A DNA stretch of 64,000 nt, taken from sequence record ON000910.1; one strand, written 5' to 3'. A model generated the notes under the pieces. It ran no database searches. It was not told the DNA's origin and was given only the letters and a program-made list of their open reading frames with translations. Shown piece by piece: positions 9,144 to 19,402 of this stretch (positions within the stretch are counted from its first letter, which is position 1; every line of letters starts with the position of its first letter). Both the position numbers and the translations under genes were made by a program.

Positions 9144-9542
9144 CTAGATTTGATTGCCAATTTCGAATTCTAATTCATCATCATCGAAGAACTCTCGCGC
9201 TTTTCGCTTGTACCATTCAATAAACTCGTATGTGTGTTGAATGAATGCATCATCAAGCTCGATTGTTAGATTCGCAATGTCTTCTTCAGACATACGCGCT
9301 TCGAAGTGGTGACGTTCTTCAGCTACGTTCAATACTAGTAAGTCGCCGTAGAAGTGACCAACATACGGGTGCTCACGTTCTTGTGTTTCAGCTTCAACGA
9401 TGAAATCAATAAAGTTATCAACGTCGTCGCCAGAAATATTATCACTTACAATTTCAATGACCTGAACACCGAAGTTATGACCAGCGATTTCAGTTGACTT
9501 GATGATATTTGGGTTGAGTAGTACTACATCTAAATCAAGCAT
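9144..9542 (-). CDS. Acidic hypothetical protein
   Basis: ORF track 9144..9578; likely start at the Met at 9542; D/E-rich. Confidence 0.65.
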   Translation of the reverse strand: MLDLDVVLLNPNIIKSTEIAGHNFGVQVIEIVSDNISGDDVDNFIDFIVEAETQEREHPYVGHFYGDLLVLNVAEERHHFEARMSEEDIANLTIELDDAFIQHTYEFIEWYKRKAREFFDDDELEFEIGNQI

Positions 9543-9726
9543 CTGATACCACCTTAATATTTTCAAATCGACGGTCAAACGCAGCTAGACATGCATCAGC
9601 ATAGTTTGTTGCAGTTGATGTTTCTTTACAGTCATTTGCGTTCGCAGTATGACACCATGCTTTCAACCACACGTCGCGTCGTTGCATTTCATGTTCAACT
9701 TCGTGTGCGTAAAGTAATTTAGCCAT
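9535..9726 (-). CDS. Hypothetical protein
   Basis: Likely start MAKLL at 9726 with GGA RBS, within track ORF 9535..9879. Confidence 0.6.
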   Translation of the reverse strand: MAKLLYAHEVEHEMQRRDVWLKAWCHTANANDCKETSTATNYADACLAAFDRRFENIKVVSDA

Positions 9727-9949
9727 TTGTTTTTCCTTTTCCAGAATTTGTGTATAAACCGAATATCGCTGCACCTGCACCGACAATAGTCGATACAAAT
9801 GCAGATTGTGTTGCTGAAGGGTCAGGCAGTGCCATGAACCATATTGCTGTAGTATAAAGCAAGTAGCAATACATTGCAACTAAAATTCGAGGGACAATGC
9901 GCCACGAGTCGAAAGCTTCAGCAAGTTTTTTATTTGTTTCAAAACTCAT
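9719..9949 (-). CDS. Small two-TM membrane protein
   Basis: WRIVPRILVAMY...QSAFVSTIVGAGAAIFGLY. Confidence 0.7.
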   Translation of the reverse strand: MSFETNKKLAEAFDSWRIVPRILVAMYCYLLYTTAIWFMALPDPSATQSAFVSTIVGAGAAIFGLYTNSGKGKTNG

Positions 9950-10116
9950 TTAGGTAATCTCTTTCTAGCTCGTTGCCTTATGATCTTATGACGTAGTTTA
10001 ACACGTTTTGCCTCACTCTTGTCAAGCATTTTCATAATAAAATATACAAATAATGCAACCAATGACAGGATAAGTAATAAAATCAATGCATTAAACGCAA
10101 GTTCTGAAATGAACAT
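9946..10116 (-). CDS. Small membrane-anchored basic protein (56 aa, not in the ORF track)
   Basis: MFISELAFNALILLLILSLVALFVYFIMK + basic tail; ATGA overlap with the next gene. Confidence 0.6.
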   Translation of the reverse strand: MFISELAFNALILLLILSLVALFVYFIMKMLDKSEAKRVKLRHKIIRQRARKRLPK

Positions 10117-10119
10117 AAA

Positions 10120-10632
10120 TCACCAGTCGATTAATGTGTCTTTTTCAAAGTGTACGATGACTACTTCTTTATCACCACTTGCCTTGTCGATGATGTGACG
10201 AATGATTTCCCAGTCACCACCCGCTAGACCTGCACCAATAAGAGGTAAGTAGATTTTATCGTCATTGCCTTCAAGATAGCGAACGATACCACGCACAGAT
10301 TCAGCAATTGCAGAGTATTCAGCGTGTCTCTCTTTCGTACCCATGCTGAACTGTGTGTACATGTTAAACACAACAGCTTGAGGGACAGTTCCGTGGTCAT
10401 CAAACAACGCAACCGAGTATTCACCTAGCTTCAGTGGGTCACCTTCACGACCGAAGTCGATATCAGCTTGGTAAACTTCAGGAAAACGTCGTAATTGACC
10501 TGCAATACCTGCACCTTGTCTGATAAAACAGTTACAACCTTGTCCCATGATAAAAGTGCGTTGATGATTAGGGTTTTCAATCGCGTGAGCGAGAGTGGCG
10601 ACTAAATCGCCACGAATCTCAGATACAATCAT
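10120..10632 (-). CDS. Macrodomain protein (T4 tk.4-like ADP-ribose-processing)
   Basis: GCNCFIRQGAGIA, VFNMYTQF, LPLIGAGLAGGDW macrodomain motifs. Confidence 0.85.
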   Translation of the reverse strand: MIVSEIRGDLVATLAHAIENPNHQRTFIMGQGCNCFIRQGAGIAGQLRRFPEVYQADIDFGREGDPLKLGEYSVALFDDHGTVPQAVVFNMYTQFSMGTKERHAEYSAIAESVRGIVRYLEGNDDKIYLPLIGAGLAGGDWEIIRHIIDKASGDKEVVIVHFEKDTLIDW

Positions 10633-11186
10633 TAGTCAAAGCTCCCACCACCACCAGAACTGCTATCGCTGCTTGAATAGCTTGAACCACTATCACTCGA
10701 ACTTGAGTAGCTTGAGCTGCTATCAGAACTACCACCGAATGAGTAACTACCCGGGCTAGACACGCGCTCTGGTTCGCTGTAACTCGGCTCAGGTGCAGAG
10801 TAGCTTGGTTCCGGGCGTGAGCGTGTTGGCTCGTCTTCAGAATACAGACCTACAGGGTCAGTAATCGGGTTTAGAGGATGCAGCGGATTTGTCACGATGT
10901 CATCATCTTCACGACGCTTACGAGAAGTACGCGACAGTGATTGAGTTTTTGGTACATTATGACGCACTGAATGAGTCACGCGAGATTTTGCATTGCTTGA
11001 TGTACCATTCAACGAACGAAGTTCTTTTGCATCGCGGTCACGCAGACGGTCGAGAATGTCAGGGTTTGCTTGTTCACGCATCGACTTCGCGTTTTCTGCT
11101 TTTTGCTTGTCTGCCGCACGTTTGTACATGTAAATTACAAACAATACAAACAAGATTGCCGCTACTGTTACTGATAATTCAATCAT
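10632..11186 (-). CDS. Membrane-anchored protein with a Ser/Gly-rich tail
   Basis: N-terminal TM (start MIELS at 11186), PEPSYS repeats, SSSD/GGGG tail. Confidence 0.7.
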   Translation of the reverse strand: MIELSVTVAAILFVLFVIYMYKRAADKQKAENAKSMREQANPDILDRLRDRDAKELRSLNGTSSNAKSRVTHSVRHNVPKTQSLSRTSRKRREDDDIVTNPLHPLNPITDPVGLYSEDEPTRSRPEPSYSAPEPSYSEPERVSSPGSYSFGGSSDSSSSYSSSSDSGSSYSSSDSSSGGGGSFD

Positions 11187-11196
11187 ATTTTTACCT

Positions 11197-12114
11197 TTAA
11201 AAGTTACCTGGTTGTACTTGGAACACTTCAACACCTACTTCACGTAGAGTATTGACTACTTGGTCACGATCATCGAACATCACAATAGGACGACGGAAAC
11301 CGCGTTCTGCTAATTCTAGCAGCAATTCTAGTTTGATTACCCAATCCGGGCGAGAATCGCCTTTCTTGCGCATTACCAAATCAAAACCACTTGAGTGTGT
11401 GAATGGCATGTGCTTAGATAACCAACGGCGCGTATGCTCTTCACAAATACCATCACGACCGCTCATGAAGATGATTGGGTAGTGGGCGCTTAGAAGATCT
11501 AGCATTTCGATTACAGTATCACGCGGCGAATCTTCTTCAACACGTAGCCATTCAAATGGGCTACGACGACCTTTGATACCTTTATGCATTTCAGCAACCG
11601 TACCGTCGATGTCTGACAATACACACAAATCAGTACCTGCTTCCCACAGAGGTTCAAGCAGTGATTTGAAATGCGCGATAATCAAATCGCGATTGTGTTT
11701 GTGATAGTTCTGGAACATAGTTGTTAGAACTTTACCACCGACTGACATTTCACGAGCCTTATCGCGTGCAAATGCTTCATCGAAAGAGATATGAAATAAC
11801 TTCTCTTCGTATTCAGCACCTAGCTCTTGTGCGATGTTTCGCCACACTTCGCGACGTTCAGGCACAAGGTTTGTATCAGAGATAACAACACTCTTACCTT
11901 GACGAAGTGCAAGCATAGCTTTGTCTTTGTTGACTTTAGTTACAAGTTCTTCGTTTTGCTTCGTGAATTTGTATTCGCCCCACTTGAAGGGACCGAACAG
12001 TTCTTGACGAGTATCGTCGCGATTGACGTTTACTGCTTTCCCGTTCGCACAGAATTTCTCAGCCCACGTAGTTTTGCCGGACGCAGGCACACCGACTGTT
12101 ACAATCAGTTTCAT
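11197..12114 (-). CDS. pseT: Polynucleotide 5'-kinase/3'-phosphatase
   Basis: GVPASGKTT P-loop, DIDGT HAD motif, FDDR. Confidence 0.95.
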   Translation of the reverse strand: MKLIVTVGVPASGKTTWAEKFCANGKAVNVNRDDTRQELFGPFKWGEYKFTKQNEELVTKVNKDKAMLALRQGKSVVISDTNLVPERREVWRNIAQELGAEYEEKLFHISFDEAFARDKAREMSVGGKVLTTMFQNYHKHNRDLIIAHFKSLLEPLWEAGTDLCVLSDIDGTVAEMHKGIKGRRSPFEWLRVEEDSPRDTVIEMLDLLSAHYPIIFMSGRDGICEEHTRRWLSKHMPFTHSSGFDLVMRKKGDSRPDWVIKLELLLELAERGFRRPIVMFDDRDQVVNTLREVGVEVFQVQPGNF

Positions 12115-12122
12115 ATTTGTCC

Positions 12123-12356
12123 TTATTTCTTGTATCGAGTCACGATAGACTCGGCAATTTCGAGAAGTTGTGTTGTACGAGTTCCAGATAGAGCACTGAA
12201 TGAATCGAGTTCATTGCGTGCTGCTTTAACAAACACGTTACTCGGAACAGAAGATTCAAGCTCTTCGATTAAACTTTCAAGCTGAAATACACTACATACA
12301 CCATATTGGTGAAACTGAGTATTCGCTTCGTTGTATGCATTTTCTAGATGCTTCAT
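12123..12356 (-). CDS. Hypothetical protein
   Basis: ORF in the operon. Confidence 0.65.
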   Translation of the reverse strand: MKHLENAYNEANTQFHQYGVCSVFQLESLIEELESSVPSNVFVKAARNELDSFSALSGTRTTQLLEIAESIVTRYKK

Positions 12357-12357
12357 A

Positions 12358-12654
12358 TTACAGCCCTTTTGTGTTTAAGTAAACGTCATTTACGTATTCA
12401 ATTGCTTCTTTCTTCGTTTTGAAGCCTTCTGCAACTACTAACAATGTAGAGTCGTCTTTCGACGTAGCACGAAGAACCCAACTCTTGCCAAAGCGACCGC
12501 GACGAATACGCAGCTTTTTATGAGTTTCACCAGTTACGTTGTTATAAAAGTTACGCTCATTTAAGTCGTCGCTTTTAAGCGAGTCAATAGAATCATAAAC
12601 CCATATGGAATATTGATTGTCAGAGATAATTTTTCTGCCTTTGAATTGAATCAT
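12358..12654 (-). CDS. Hypothetical early protein
   Basis: First gene after the promoter at 12696-12724. Confidence 0.7.
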   Translation of the reverse strand: MIQFKGRKIISDNQYSIWVYDSIDSLKSDDLNERNFYNNVTGETHKKLRIRRGRFGKSWVLRATSKDDSTLLVVAEGFKTKKEAIEYVNDVYLNTKGL

Positions 12655-12660
12655 AATTTA

Positions 12661-12733
12661 CTCTCTTTGTTAGTCGATGTCGTTTCGATGTAGCTATAAT
12701 ACGCAAAAAGGGTTGCCGAAGCAACCCTTTTCT
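12661..12733 (-). promoter_or_regulatory. Terminator/early-promoter cassette
   Basis: AAAAGGG-TTGCTT-cggcaacccTTTTTgcg-TATTAT-agctacatcgaaacg; 17-bp spacer. Confidence 0.8.
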
Positions 12734-13063
12734 TTAATTATTTTCATCTTTTTTCTGAATATTTGCATCTTGCTCTTTGTACAGTCGAATAACCTCAAGT
12801 AAATCAAAGTTATATGTCTTGTACGAATGCATCCACTTCGCGAAATCTAACCATTCGTCGTATTCAAAACCCACATAAGCTGTATTAGCTTTGATTGTAT
12901 CAGTCGTAATGACCAATATTTTGACACCGGGATTTGGCGGTGGTGTTGGAATATTGGGGTGGACGATTTCATTCTTTTGCGGCTCAGGTACTGGCTCTTT
13001 TGGTGTACCGATACAACCGACCAGCATGAAGCATAGAGCAATTGCTATGATTTTATTGACCAT
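12734..13063 (-). CDS. pseT.2: o-spanin (Rz1-like lipoprotein)
   Basis: Lipobox MLVG-C, Pro-rich linker, overlaps the i-spanin; start at 13063 with GAGGTG RBS. Confidence 0.8.
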   Translation of the reverse strand: MVNKIIAIALCFMLVGCIGTPKEPVPEPQKNEIVHPNIPTPPPNPGVKILVITTDTIKANTAYVGFEYDEWLDFAKWMHSYKTYNFDLLEVIRLYKEQDANIQKKDENN

Positions 13064-13436
13064 TTCGCACCTCGTCGAAGAACTTGTCAAGAGCTTTTTG
13101 CTCTTTTATTTGAACTAGACCAGGTTTTTGAAATACGATATCTTGACGTGATTTGTATGTGTCAATAGTCGCGGTTAACTTGTCCAATTCTGTTTGAAGA
13201 GTTTTGCGATATTGTTCCTGTTCACGGTAAACACTTCGCCATTGATCTATTGTTAAGTTTTTGTTCTTGATAGTTGTTTGCAAACGCTCATTATCACCCG
13301 TTAGTCGCTCAACTTCAGCAGTTTGAGTAACTAAATCTTTCTCAAGACTTACATTCTCATACTTCAAGTAACCAATAGAACCAATGAAAACAGCAGCAAC
13401 CGCCAAGAGCACGTAAATTTTATATTGTGAAAACAC
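13053..13436 (-). CDS. pseT.3: i-spanin (Rz-like)
   Basis: N-terminal TM plus coiled coil; T4-like position; AATAAATA at 13470-13477. Confidence 0.8.
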   Translation of the reverse strand: MFSQYKIYVLLAVAAVFIGSIGYLKYENVSLEKDLVTQTAEVERLTGDNERLQTTIKNKNLTIDQWRSVYREQEQYRKTLQTELDKLTATIDTYKSRQDIVFQKPGLVQIKEQKALDKFFDEVRNGQ

Positions 13437-13478
13437 GATAGGTACTCCCGTATTAGTTGTATACGAGAGTATTTATTA

Positions 13479-13748
13479 TTAAGAATAGAAGACTGGAGCG
13501 AACGTCTGTGTGAAGGGATTTAGATAAAACGTAGATACGACACCATTCTTGTCTGATATTTGAACGTCAAGACCTTGAATAGTATCTGTTTTTGATGGGC
13601 CCACGTAGACGATTTTACCGCCTCGATTTTTTGGGTCTTCTTCGAGTTTCTTCTGCAACGCAGGTAAAAACTCTTCTTGTAACTTTTTAATGAATACATT
13701 CGGGTCACCGACTTGCATCGGCTCCCCGTCTTGAAATACAAAATGCAT
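13479..13748 (-). CDS. Hypothetical protein
   Basis: ORF between rnlA and the spanins. Confidence 0.65.
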   Translation of the reverse strand: MHFVFQDGEPMQVGDPNVFIKKLQEEFLPALQKKLEEDPKNRGGKIVYVGPSKTDTIQGLDVQISDKNGVVSTFYLNPFTQTFAPVFYS

Positions 13749-14894
13749 TTACACCCCGTTTAGATATTTCTCTGGGATTGCTAGTTCTGGTCGCTTCAGA
13801 TATGCAGTAACTAAAGATTCATAGACACCTTCGACTGTCTGCTTCTGATACGCGATCATAGCTACCCCGAATTCCCATGGTTTTAATACTTTCTGACCTG
13901 CAATTGCATAGTCTTTACGCGCTAGATGACGATTACGAGCATAGAACTGACGAACTGCATTGAATGAATTCGTAAGAGTCTTCGTCACGTGAGAATCAAA
14001 TTCACGAATACGCTCAATCGTCGGTTTGTCATCTGCGAATAGCGCATAGAGATCATCGTGATTGCCGTTCAAGATAGTTGTTACCAACTTCTTCGGAACA
14101 TTCACTGAGTCTTTTTGCGAGTGTAAATCAACATACCATTGAGTTTTGATTTTCACAGATTGACCGTTTGCAAGACGCAAGATCATGCCTTCAATACCTT
14201 TCGTATCTCGCAATTTCTCAACGAAATCTGGTTCATGTGCAGTCGCTGGGTCGTACTCGTCAACAAGCCACTGTTTAACACGCATCAACGCAGATTGTGG
14301 AATGTCGTCGAAACTTACATAATCACCTGTTTCGTTGTCACGAATATTCAAGATAACCAGTTTAGCTTCTGGGTACTCAAGAACGATGCGGTTGTTAGGC
14401 GCACACCATTCCATGTTGACAGTCAAACCCGCTTGAGTACAATCGTCACAGAATTCCCACAAGTCACGATTCTCTGGCTTTTTGATGTAGCGATTAGCCG
14501 CAACAGCTTGCTCCGAAAAGATGCTTGTTTTTGACTTCAGCGCGAAGTTCTCACCTGACAAATACGTGCTAATCAATGAACCATCAGCTTTGTCCATTAG
14601 TTGTACAGTGGTCGTCAAGTCAAGTTCCATCGTAAAGGGATTCTCGTTTAGATTGAAGAATTTCTCCATCGGGCGAGATACGATACGAATCATGTCATCA
14701 TTATCATCTAATTGAAACATGATACCACGCGCTTCAAGAGCACCCGGCAAAAGCCAATCAGAATATGAAGCAATATGATAGCTAAACACGCGAAACTTTT
14801 CACCAAGCGGTGAAAGATGATCAGCAAAGAAGAACTTGCCTTCAGCGTCATCAGCTAGAGACATCAAATTTTTGTATAATTCTTGTACGTTCAT
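13749..14894 (-). CDS. rnlA: RNA ligase 1
   Basis: KADGSLI motif I, EGMIL, VKIKTQWY; T4 Rnl1-like N-terminus. Confidence 0.95.
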   Translation of the reverse strand: MNVQELYKNLMSLADDAEGKFFFADHLSPLGEKFRVFSYHIASYSDWLLPGALEARGIMFQLDDNDDMIRIVSRPMEKFFNLNENPFTMELDLTTTVQLMDKADGSLISTYLSGENFALKSKTSIFSEQAVAANRYIKKPENRDLWEFCDDCTQAGLTVNMEWCAPNNRIVLEYPEAKLVILNIRDNETGDYVSFDDIPQSALMRVKQWLVDEYDPATAHEPDFVEKLRDTKGIEGMILRLANGQSVKIKTQWYVDLHSQKDSVNVPKKLVTTILNGNHDDLYALFADDKPTIERIREFDSHVTKTLTNSFNAVRQFYARNRHLARKDYAIAGQKVLKPWEFGVAMIAYQKQTVEGVYESLVTAYLKRPELAIPEKYLNGV

Positions 14895-14922
14895 GTTATT
14901 TTCCTCTCAAAATAGTCTTTTA

Positions 14923-14953
14923 ACAGTGTACATGAGTTCATGCACACTGTCAA
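14923..14953 (-). promoter_or_regulatory. Promoter with internal dyad symmetry
   Basis: TTGACA-17-TACACT; 13-bp inverted repeat with 1 mismatch (14923-14935 / 14938-14950). Confidence 0.65.
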
Positions 14954-14957
14954 CAAC

Positions 14958-15260
14958 TTATTTCAAGATTTCTGTGATGATTTCTTTAACCTTTGATAGG
15001 TTAAGTTCGACTCGGGGCGGAATGACGATGCCATGAATCGACGGCTCTTCGTTTTTAAACGTCAACGATAATACATTATTATCATGATCAACATACCAAG
15101 ATGAAATATCGAGTTGAATGTCACGCTCGTATTTGACGTATCTTATTTCATCAATACCAAGTTCACGAGCAAAATCAGTGCGCATTTCTGCGCTACTGAT
15201 TTCAATTTTATCTACATTAGCCAAAGAAGCTCTCCAATGTGATGGTTTTCTTGTAGTCAA
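14958..15260 (-). CDS. Hypothetical protein
   Basis: ORF downstream of gene 43. Confidence 0.6.
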   Translation of the reverse strand: MTTRKPSHWRASLANVDKIEISSAEMRTDFARELGIDEIRYVKYERDIQLDISSWYVDHDNNVLSLTFKNEEPSIHGIVIPPRVELNLSKVKEIITEILK

Positions 15261-17769
15261 ACTTGATTGCTTCAGAAATCGCAGTCAATGGTTTGATGAA
15301 CTTATCTTCGTACAAACGATTGTAATCTACGTGGTCGATCAAGTATGAGATTGATTCAGGTAGTTTACCACCAGATGGGTAAGCAATACGGTCAATGCCG
15401 TGTTTGTTTCGAGTCAAGAACACAACAGCGATTTTATCACCTTCGTTGATCTTGTCGAACCCATGTTGTGCAGCTAGTTTGTTGTAGTACAACGCACCTT
15501 TTACATGACCTGGACAACCTTTACCTGGGTTACCTTGCTCGTCAGAGTATTTGTTCATGTTGTTCGCGCTAGACACAAACGACACTTCTTGATACGGAGC
15601 TACTTTGAACTCTTTCTCATACTCTTTAACGAATTCTTGAAGCTTCTCTTCGCCTTCTTGCAGAATCAAACGAATTGCTTCTTTAAGACCTTTTTGGCAA
15701 AGTGGTGGTGTTGAACTACGTTGAGTTTCAATACCCATGATTTTCAGCTTCGGTTTACGAATGCCTTCGTTATCTTGTACGTCAAGCGCGTAACGCTTTT
15801 TCGCGATAAAGAAGCCAGTACGTGCTAGAACTTCTCGGTCCATGAACATTTGACGCTCATACGTGTTCATGTACTTGTGCAGTGCTTCGTATGACGGGTT
15901 GATAACTTTCGTTTCAACTGTCTCACAGACTTTAGAGAATTTATCTGTGTATTCATCACCTTCAAGCTTGTTAACGCCAGTAAGCTCAAGAAGCGGATCA
16001 AAGTTAACGTATATTGAGTCGGTATCACCGTAAATCACGTAGTCTTTGTCAGTTGTCTTACAAACTTTGTTCAACCAGATGTTAACGTCACGCGCTACCC
16101 ATTTGATTGCAAGCTGACCGTATGCTGTTACAGCTTCTGCATTACGTAGATCGTAGAAGCGGAAGTATTCGTTACCTAACGCACCATAGAGTGAGTTGAT
16201 CAAGATCTTACGAGCCATTTGCTGTACGTCGTAGATCTTCGCTTCATGTTTCGCGTGCTCGTATGCTTCACGAAGTTCAGGTGTTTCACCTTCTTCGTCC
16301 ATCTTTTTCTTGATGTCGATTGCTTGCTGTTCGTATTCGAACGCTTTCTTCTTATTAGCTTTACGCTGGAAGAAGACTTTCTCAATCTCAATCGGGATTA
16401 CACCACGCACGTCTTTGCGATATTGCATACCGTTCGCGCTGTTTGAAATGTCATCAGCAGGGAACGTAATAGCCATGTCAACAATCTTGTCGATACGATC
16501 TTCAAGTGTACCTTCATAGTCAAGCTGACCAACGATTGTTTCTGGTGAAATGTTACACTCACGAATAATCGACGGGTACAGTGATGTTAAGTCGAAAGAG
16601 CCAATGCCGCGATGATAACCCACTTGAGGTGCTTTTACAAACGCGCCCATGAATCGACCACCTTCGTGCGATGTCATCATTGGTACTACTTTCTTCTCAG
16701 CTTTCAAACTATTGAAGATGATTGCATCCCACGGTTTAATCGTACCAAGTACCGTCTGATAGTTGATACCCGCATAGTACGCTAGAGAAACAGTCAAAAG
16801 CATCAACTGAAGTTTCTCATCAAGTCGTTTAACCAAGTTAACGTCTTGAATCTGATAGTCAATGAAGTTCTGATAATCTTGCTCATAGAACTCTAAGTAG
16901 TTCGCTTGTGTAAACTCAACTTTTTTCTCATCAAGTTCAACTTCACCGATGTAATCAAGACGGTAAGATGGTCGAGTTACGTAAGTGAATTTCTTGTAAA
17001 GCTGAAGATAATCGAGTTCAGATACGCCGACGATATTCACTTTACAGATTTCTTGACCGTAATCGTTAGTCATCGTCGAAATGTGAACTTTACCCCACGG
17101 TGACAAGCTATTCATCACCTTCTCACCAAACAGATTTTTGTATCGATTGACAATGTATGGCATATCGAACGATTCAATGTTCCAACCTGTTACGATTGCT
17201 GGGGTCTTTTCGCGCCAGAATTGCAGATACTTAACAAGTAACTCTTTTTCAGTTGCACAGCGAATATACACTGTTTTTTCTAGAAGTTCTGGCTTAACGA
17301 TGCTGCTTTCACGCGACCATTCTTCATTTGATGGAATACCGTAAACGTAGAATTTATCGTCGATGTTGTCATAGTGACCGATTGAAGTAATAGGCACTGG
17401 AGCGTGCGCTGCTTCAGGGAACTCAACAGACGGGGTTTCGATATCGATATTTGCAATTCGAATACGATTGATGTCGAAATTACGTTCTTTGTAAGTATCA
17501 GAGATATAAGTTACAACGAAGTCGTCCATACCGAGTACTTCATGATGCTGCTTAGTGTCTTTGATGTACTTACTAGCTTCGCCCATTGTGTCAAACATCT
17601 TTGGGCGACAGTTGCGACCGTAGATGTCGTTGTAACCAGTTTCTTCGTTACAGTGAATGAACAGAGTCGGTTCATATTTGACTTTGCGCATATGCTCAAA
17701 CCCGTCATCATCTAAATAACGTTCACAAAGATTAGAGCCGATTCGTTCAATTGATGTATAGATTGCCAT
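15217..17769 (-). CDS. 43: Family B DNA polymerase
   Basis: DIET exo [26 protein letters not shown]; clamp-binding-like tail LESFF. Confidence 0.98.
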   Translation of the reverse strand: MAIYTSIERIGSNLCERYLDDDGFEHMRKVKYEPTLFIHCNEETGYNDIYGRNCRPKMFDTMGEASKYIKDTKQHHEVLGMDDFVVTYISDTYKERNFDINRIRIANIDIETPSVEFPEAAHAPVPITSIGHYDNIDDKFYVYGIPSNEEWSRESSIVKPELLEKTVYIRCATEKELLVKYLQFWREKTPAIVTGWNIESFDMPYIVNRYKNLFGEKVMNSLSPWGKVHISTMTNDYGQEICKVNIVGVSELDYLQLYKKFTYVTRPSYRLDYIGEVELDEKKVEFTQANYLEFYEQDYQNFIDYQIQDVNLVKRLDEKLQLMLLTVSLAYYAGINYQTVLGTIKPWDAIIFNSLKAEKKVVPMMTSHEGGRFMGAFVKAPQVGYHRGIGSFDLTSLYPSIIRECNISPETIVGQLDYEGTLEDRIDKIVDMAITFPADDISNSANGMQYRKDVRGVIPIEIEKVFFQRKANKKKAFEYEQQAIDIKKKMDEEGETPELREAYEHAKHEAKIYDVQQMARKILINSLYGALGNEYFRFYDLRNAEAVTAYGQLAIKWVARDVNIWLNKVCKTTDKDYVIYGDTDSIYVNFDPLLELTGVNKLEGDEYTDKFSKVCETVETKVINPSYEALHKYMNTYERQMFMDREVLARTGFFIAKKRYALDVQDNEGIRKPKLKIMGIETQRSSTPPLCQKGLKEAIRLILQEGEEKLQEFVKEYEKEFKVAPYQEVSFVSSANNMNKYSDEQGNPGKGCPGHVKGALYYNKLAAQHGFDKINEGDKIAVVFLTRNKHGIDRIAYPSGGKLPESISYLIDHVDYNRLYEDKFIKPLTAISEAIKFDYKKTITLESFFG

Positions 17770-17803
17770 GATATTCCTTCACAAGTTGTTACGTGTTGTT
17801 ATA

Positions 17804-18415
17804 TTAAAGTGCAATACACTTCTTATAAACATTCTTTATGTATTTTTTCAAATATTCTTTAGTGATTTTCTCATTTGTATACTTTTCAACTGAGCGATTA
17901 ATTGCGTATCTGGCGTCTTTATTAAATCGAACAATTGGCTTGTGTTTAGATAAATCCCATGCAATATGTAAGTTCTCAGGGTTTTTCCCGTGCGTATTGA
18001 ATTCACTAGATGAAATATAGAGATTGGTATAATCAGGTAAATCACTGATAAGATAGATGTCATATGTTGAGCGATCAACGAATAGAAAATAAAACTTTAT
18101 ATTATCTCGACCCTCGTCGTTGACAATATCAATATAGTCATGATATTTGAATTGATCGATATAAAGTATTTTCACACCGTCGATGCTTGGGTGATAAGAT
18201 ACGTATGACTTGACTTTGGCATCAAGCCCGTAAATGATGTCTCCGCCGAAACGATGAGCACCTTCGAAAACAACATCATAATCATAATTGCAACGACCAT
18301 GTTGATCTCGATATTTGTCAGTACGAGCGACAAGAGTACATCCGAGATAGTCAGGTAAGATTGCTTCAGCTAGATATTCACCAACTAAACCAATTTCAAA
18401 TCTTGCGTCTGCCAT
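17804..18415 (-). CDS. Putative PD-(D/E)XK nuclease-like protein
   Basis: GEYLAE...YDYD...LDAKVK pattern; visibly AT-rich; inserted between regA and 43. Confidence 0.4.
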   Translation of the reverse strand: MADARFEIGLVGEYLAEAILPDYLGCTLVARTDKYRDQHGRCNYDYDVVFEGAHRFGGDIIYGLDAKVKSYVSYHPSIDGVKILYIDQFKYHDYIDIVNDEGRDNIKFYFLFVDRSTYDIYLISDLPDYTNLYISSSEFNTHGKNPENLHIAWDLSKHKPIVRFNKDARYAINRSVEKYTNEKITKEYLKKYIKNVYKKCIAL

Positions 18416-18432
18416 AATACATTCCTCAAAAT

Positions 18433-18454
18433 AAAGGGGCTTAATTGCCCCTTA
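18433..18454 (-). terminator. Rho-independent terminator after regA
   Basis: AAGGGGC-aattaa-GCCCCTT. Confidence 0.7.
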
Positions 18455-18486
18455 TTAATTAAAACCAGTCTTCTTCCCGTCTCATA

Positions 18487-18885
18487 TTAACCGCCAATTT
18501 TATATTTGTATCGTAAATTCCAGTTTTTAGAATCACGGAACGAAATAACTCGAAACTTATTATCGCCAGTAAATTCGTGCGACTCAGGGTGCGCGATCTT
18601 ACATAGATTCCAATCTTCAAGTAATTTAGCAATGTTATTACGACGCTCAATATCTTCGTCTGTTATTTCAACGCAACGACCGTCAAGTGCTAAAAGCTCT
18701 TTAAAATGTACGAGGAAATAAACGCCACGTTTCTGAAGAATATGGCACGATTGATATAGAGTATTTGTTTTGTTGTTCGCGATGCCGATTCGCGTTAATG
18801 TCTCGCGAATCTTTAGAAATGCATCGTCGTCTGGTAATTGAATTTCAAGTTTGTTAATAATGTCCATGATTAATCTCAACAGCAT
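18487..18885 (-). CDS. regA: Translational repressor RegA
   Basis: FLKIRETLTRIGIAN, LYQSCHILQKRG. Confidence 0.95.
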   Translation of the reverse strand: MLLRLIMDIINKLEIQLPDDDAFLKIRETLTRIGIANNKTNTLYQSCHILQKRGVYFLVHFKELLALDGRCVEITDEDIERRNNIAKLLEDWNLCKIAHPESHEFTGDNKFRVISFRDSKNWNLRYKYKIGG

Positions 18886-18901
18886 AATAAAAATATATTT
18901 A

Positions 18902-19396
18902 TTAGCGTGTTAAGCCCCCCGTTCGTGAGTCGTACCATTCTTGTAATTGATTCAACTCTTCGGGCGTTAGACGATTTGAAATACTAATTGCATGTGATTT
19001 ATTGACGTTGTATACATCAACAATTAGATCAACATAGTCATATTTCGGTTCTTTTGCCCATGAATTGAATCGCTTACCTTTACGAACTGCATGATACAAA
19101 TAATCATATTGCATTTCATTCGGTAACTTACTACCAACCGAATCCATGATATACGCATGAAGAACTGTATCGATGCCGTTGCTCAATGCGCGATTCACCA
19201 TAAATGGTAGATATTGCTCATCAACAACCGCATCTGGTAAACGTTTCTTCATGTAGATACTGTCAACGAAATCAAACGGTGAATATTTCTCTGCTTTCTT
19301 CGCTTTCTTCAGCTCTTCTTCGTATTCTTTTTCTTCTTCAGCGATTCTCGCTTCAGTTTCTTCGCCTTTCGCTAGGAATTCAAAGATGTCCATCAA
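18902..19396 (-). CDS. 62: Clamp loader small subunit
   Basis: FMVNRALS, QYDYLYHAVRKGKRF; synteny. Confidence 0.9.
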   Translation of the reverse strand: MMDIFEFLAKGEETEARIAEEEKEYEEELKKAKKAEKYSPFDFVDSIYMKKRLPDAVVDEQYLPFMVNRALSNGIDTVLHAYIMDSVGSKLPNEMQYDYLYHAVRKGKRFNSWAKEPKYDYVDLIVDVYNVNKSHAISISNRLTPEELNQLQEWYDSRTGGLTR

Positions 19397-19402
19397 ACCC
19401 CC

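Noticed and set aside
10740-10830. PEPSYS and Ser-rich repeats as a diversity or contingency locus
   Set aside because: Ordinary low-complexity coding sequence, imperfect at the DNA level, with no recombinase or reverse transcriptase nearby.
18459-18485. 8-aa mini-ORF MRREEDWF after regA
   Set aside because: Too short to separate from chance and has no independent support.
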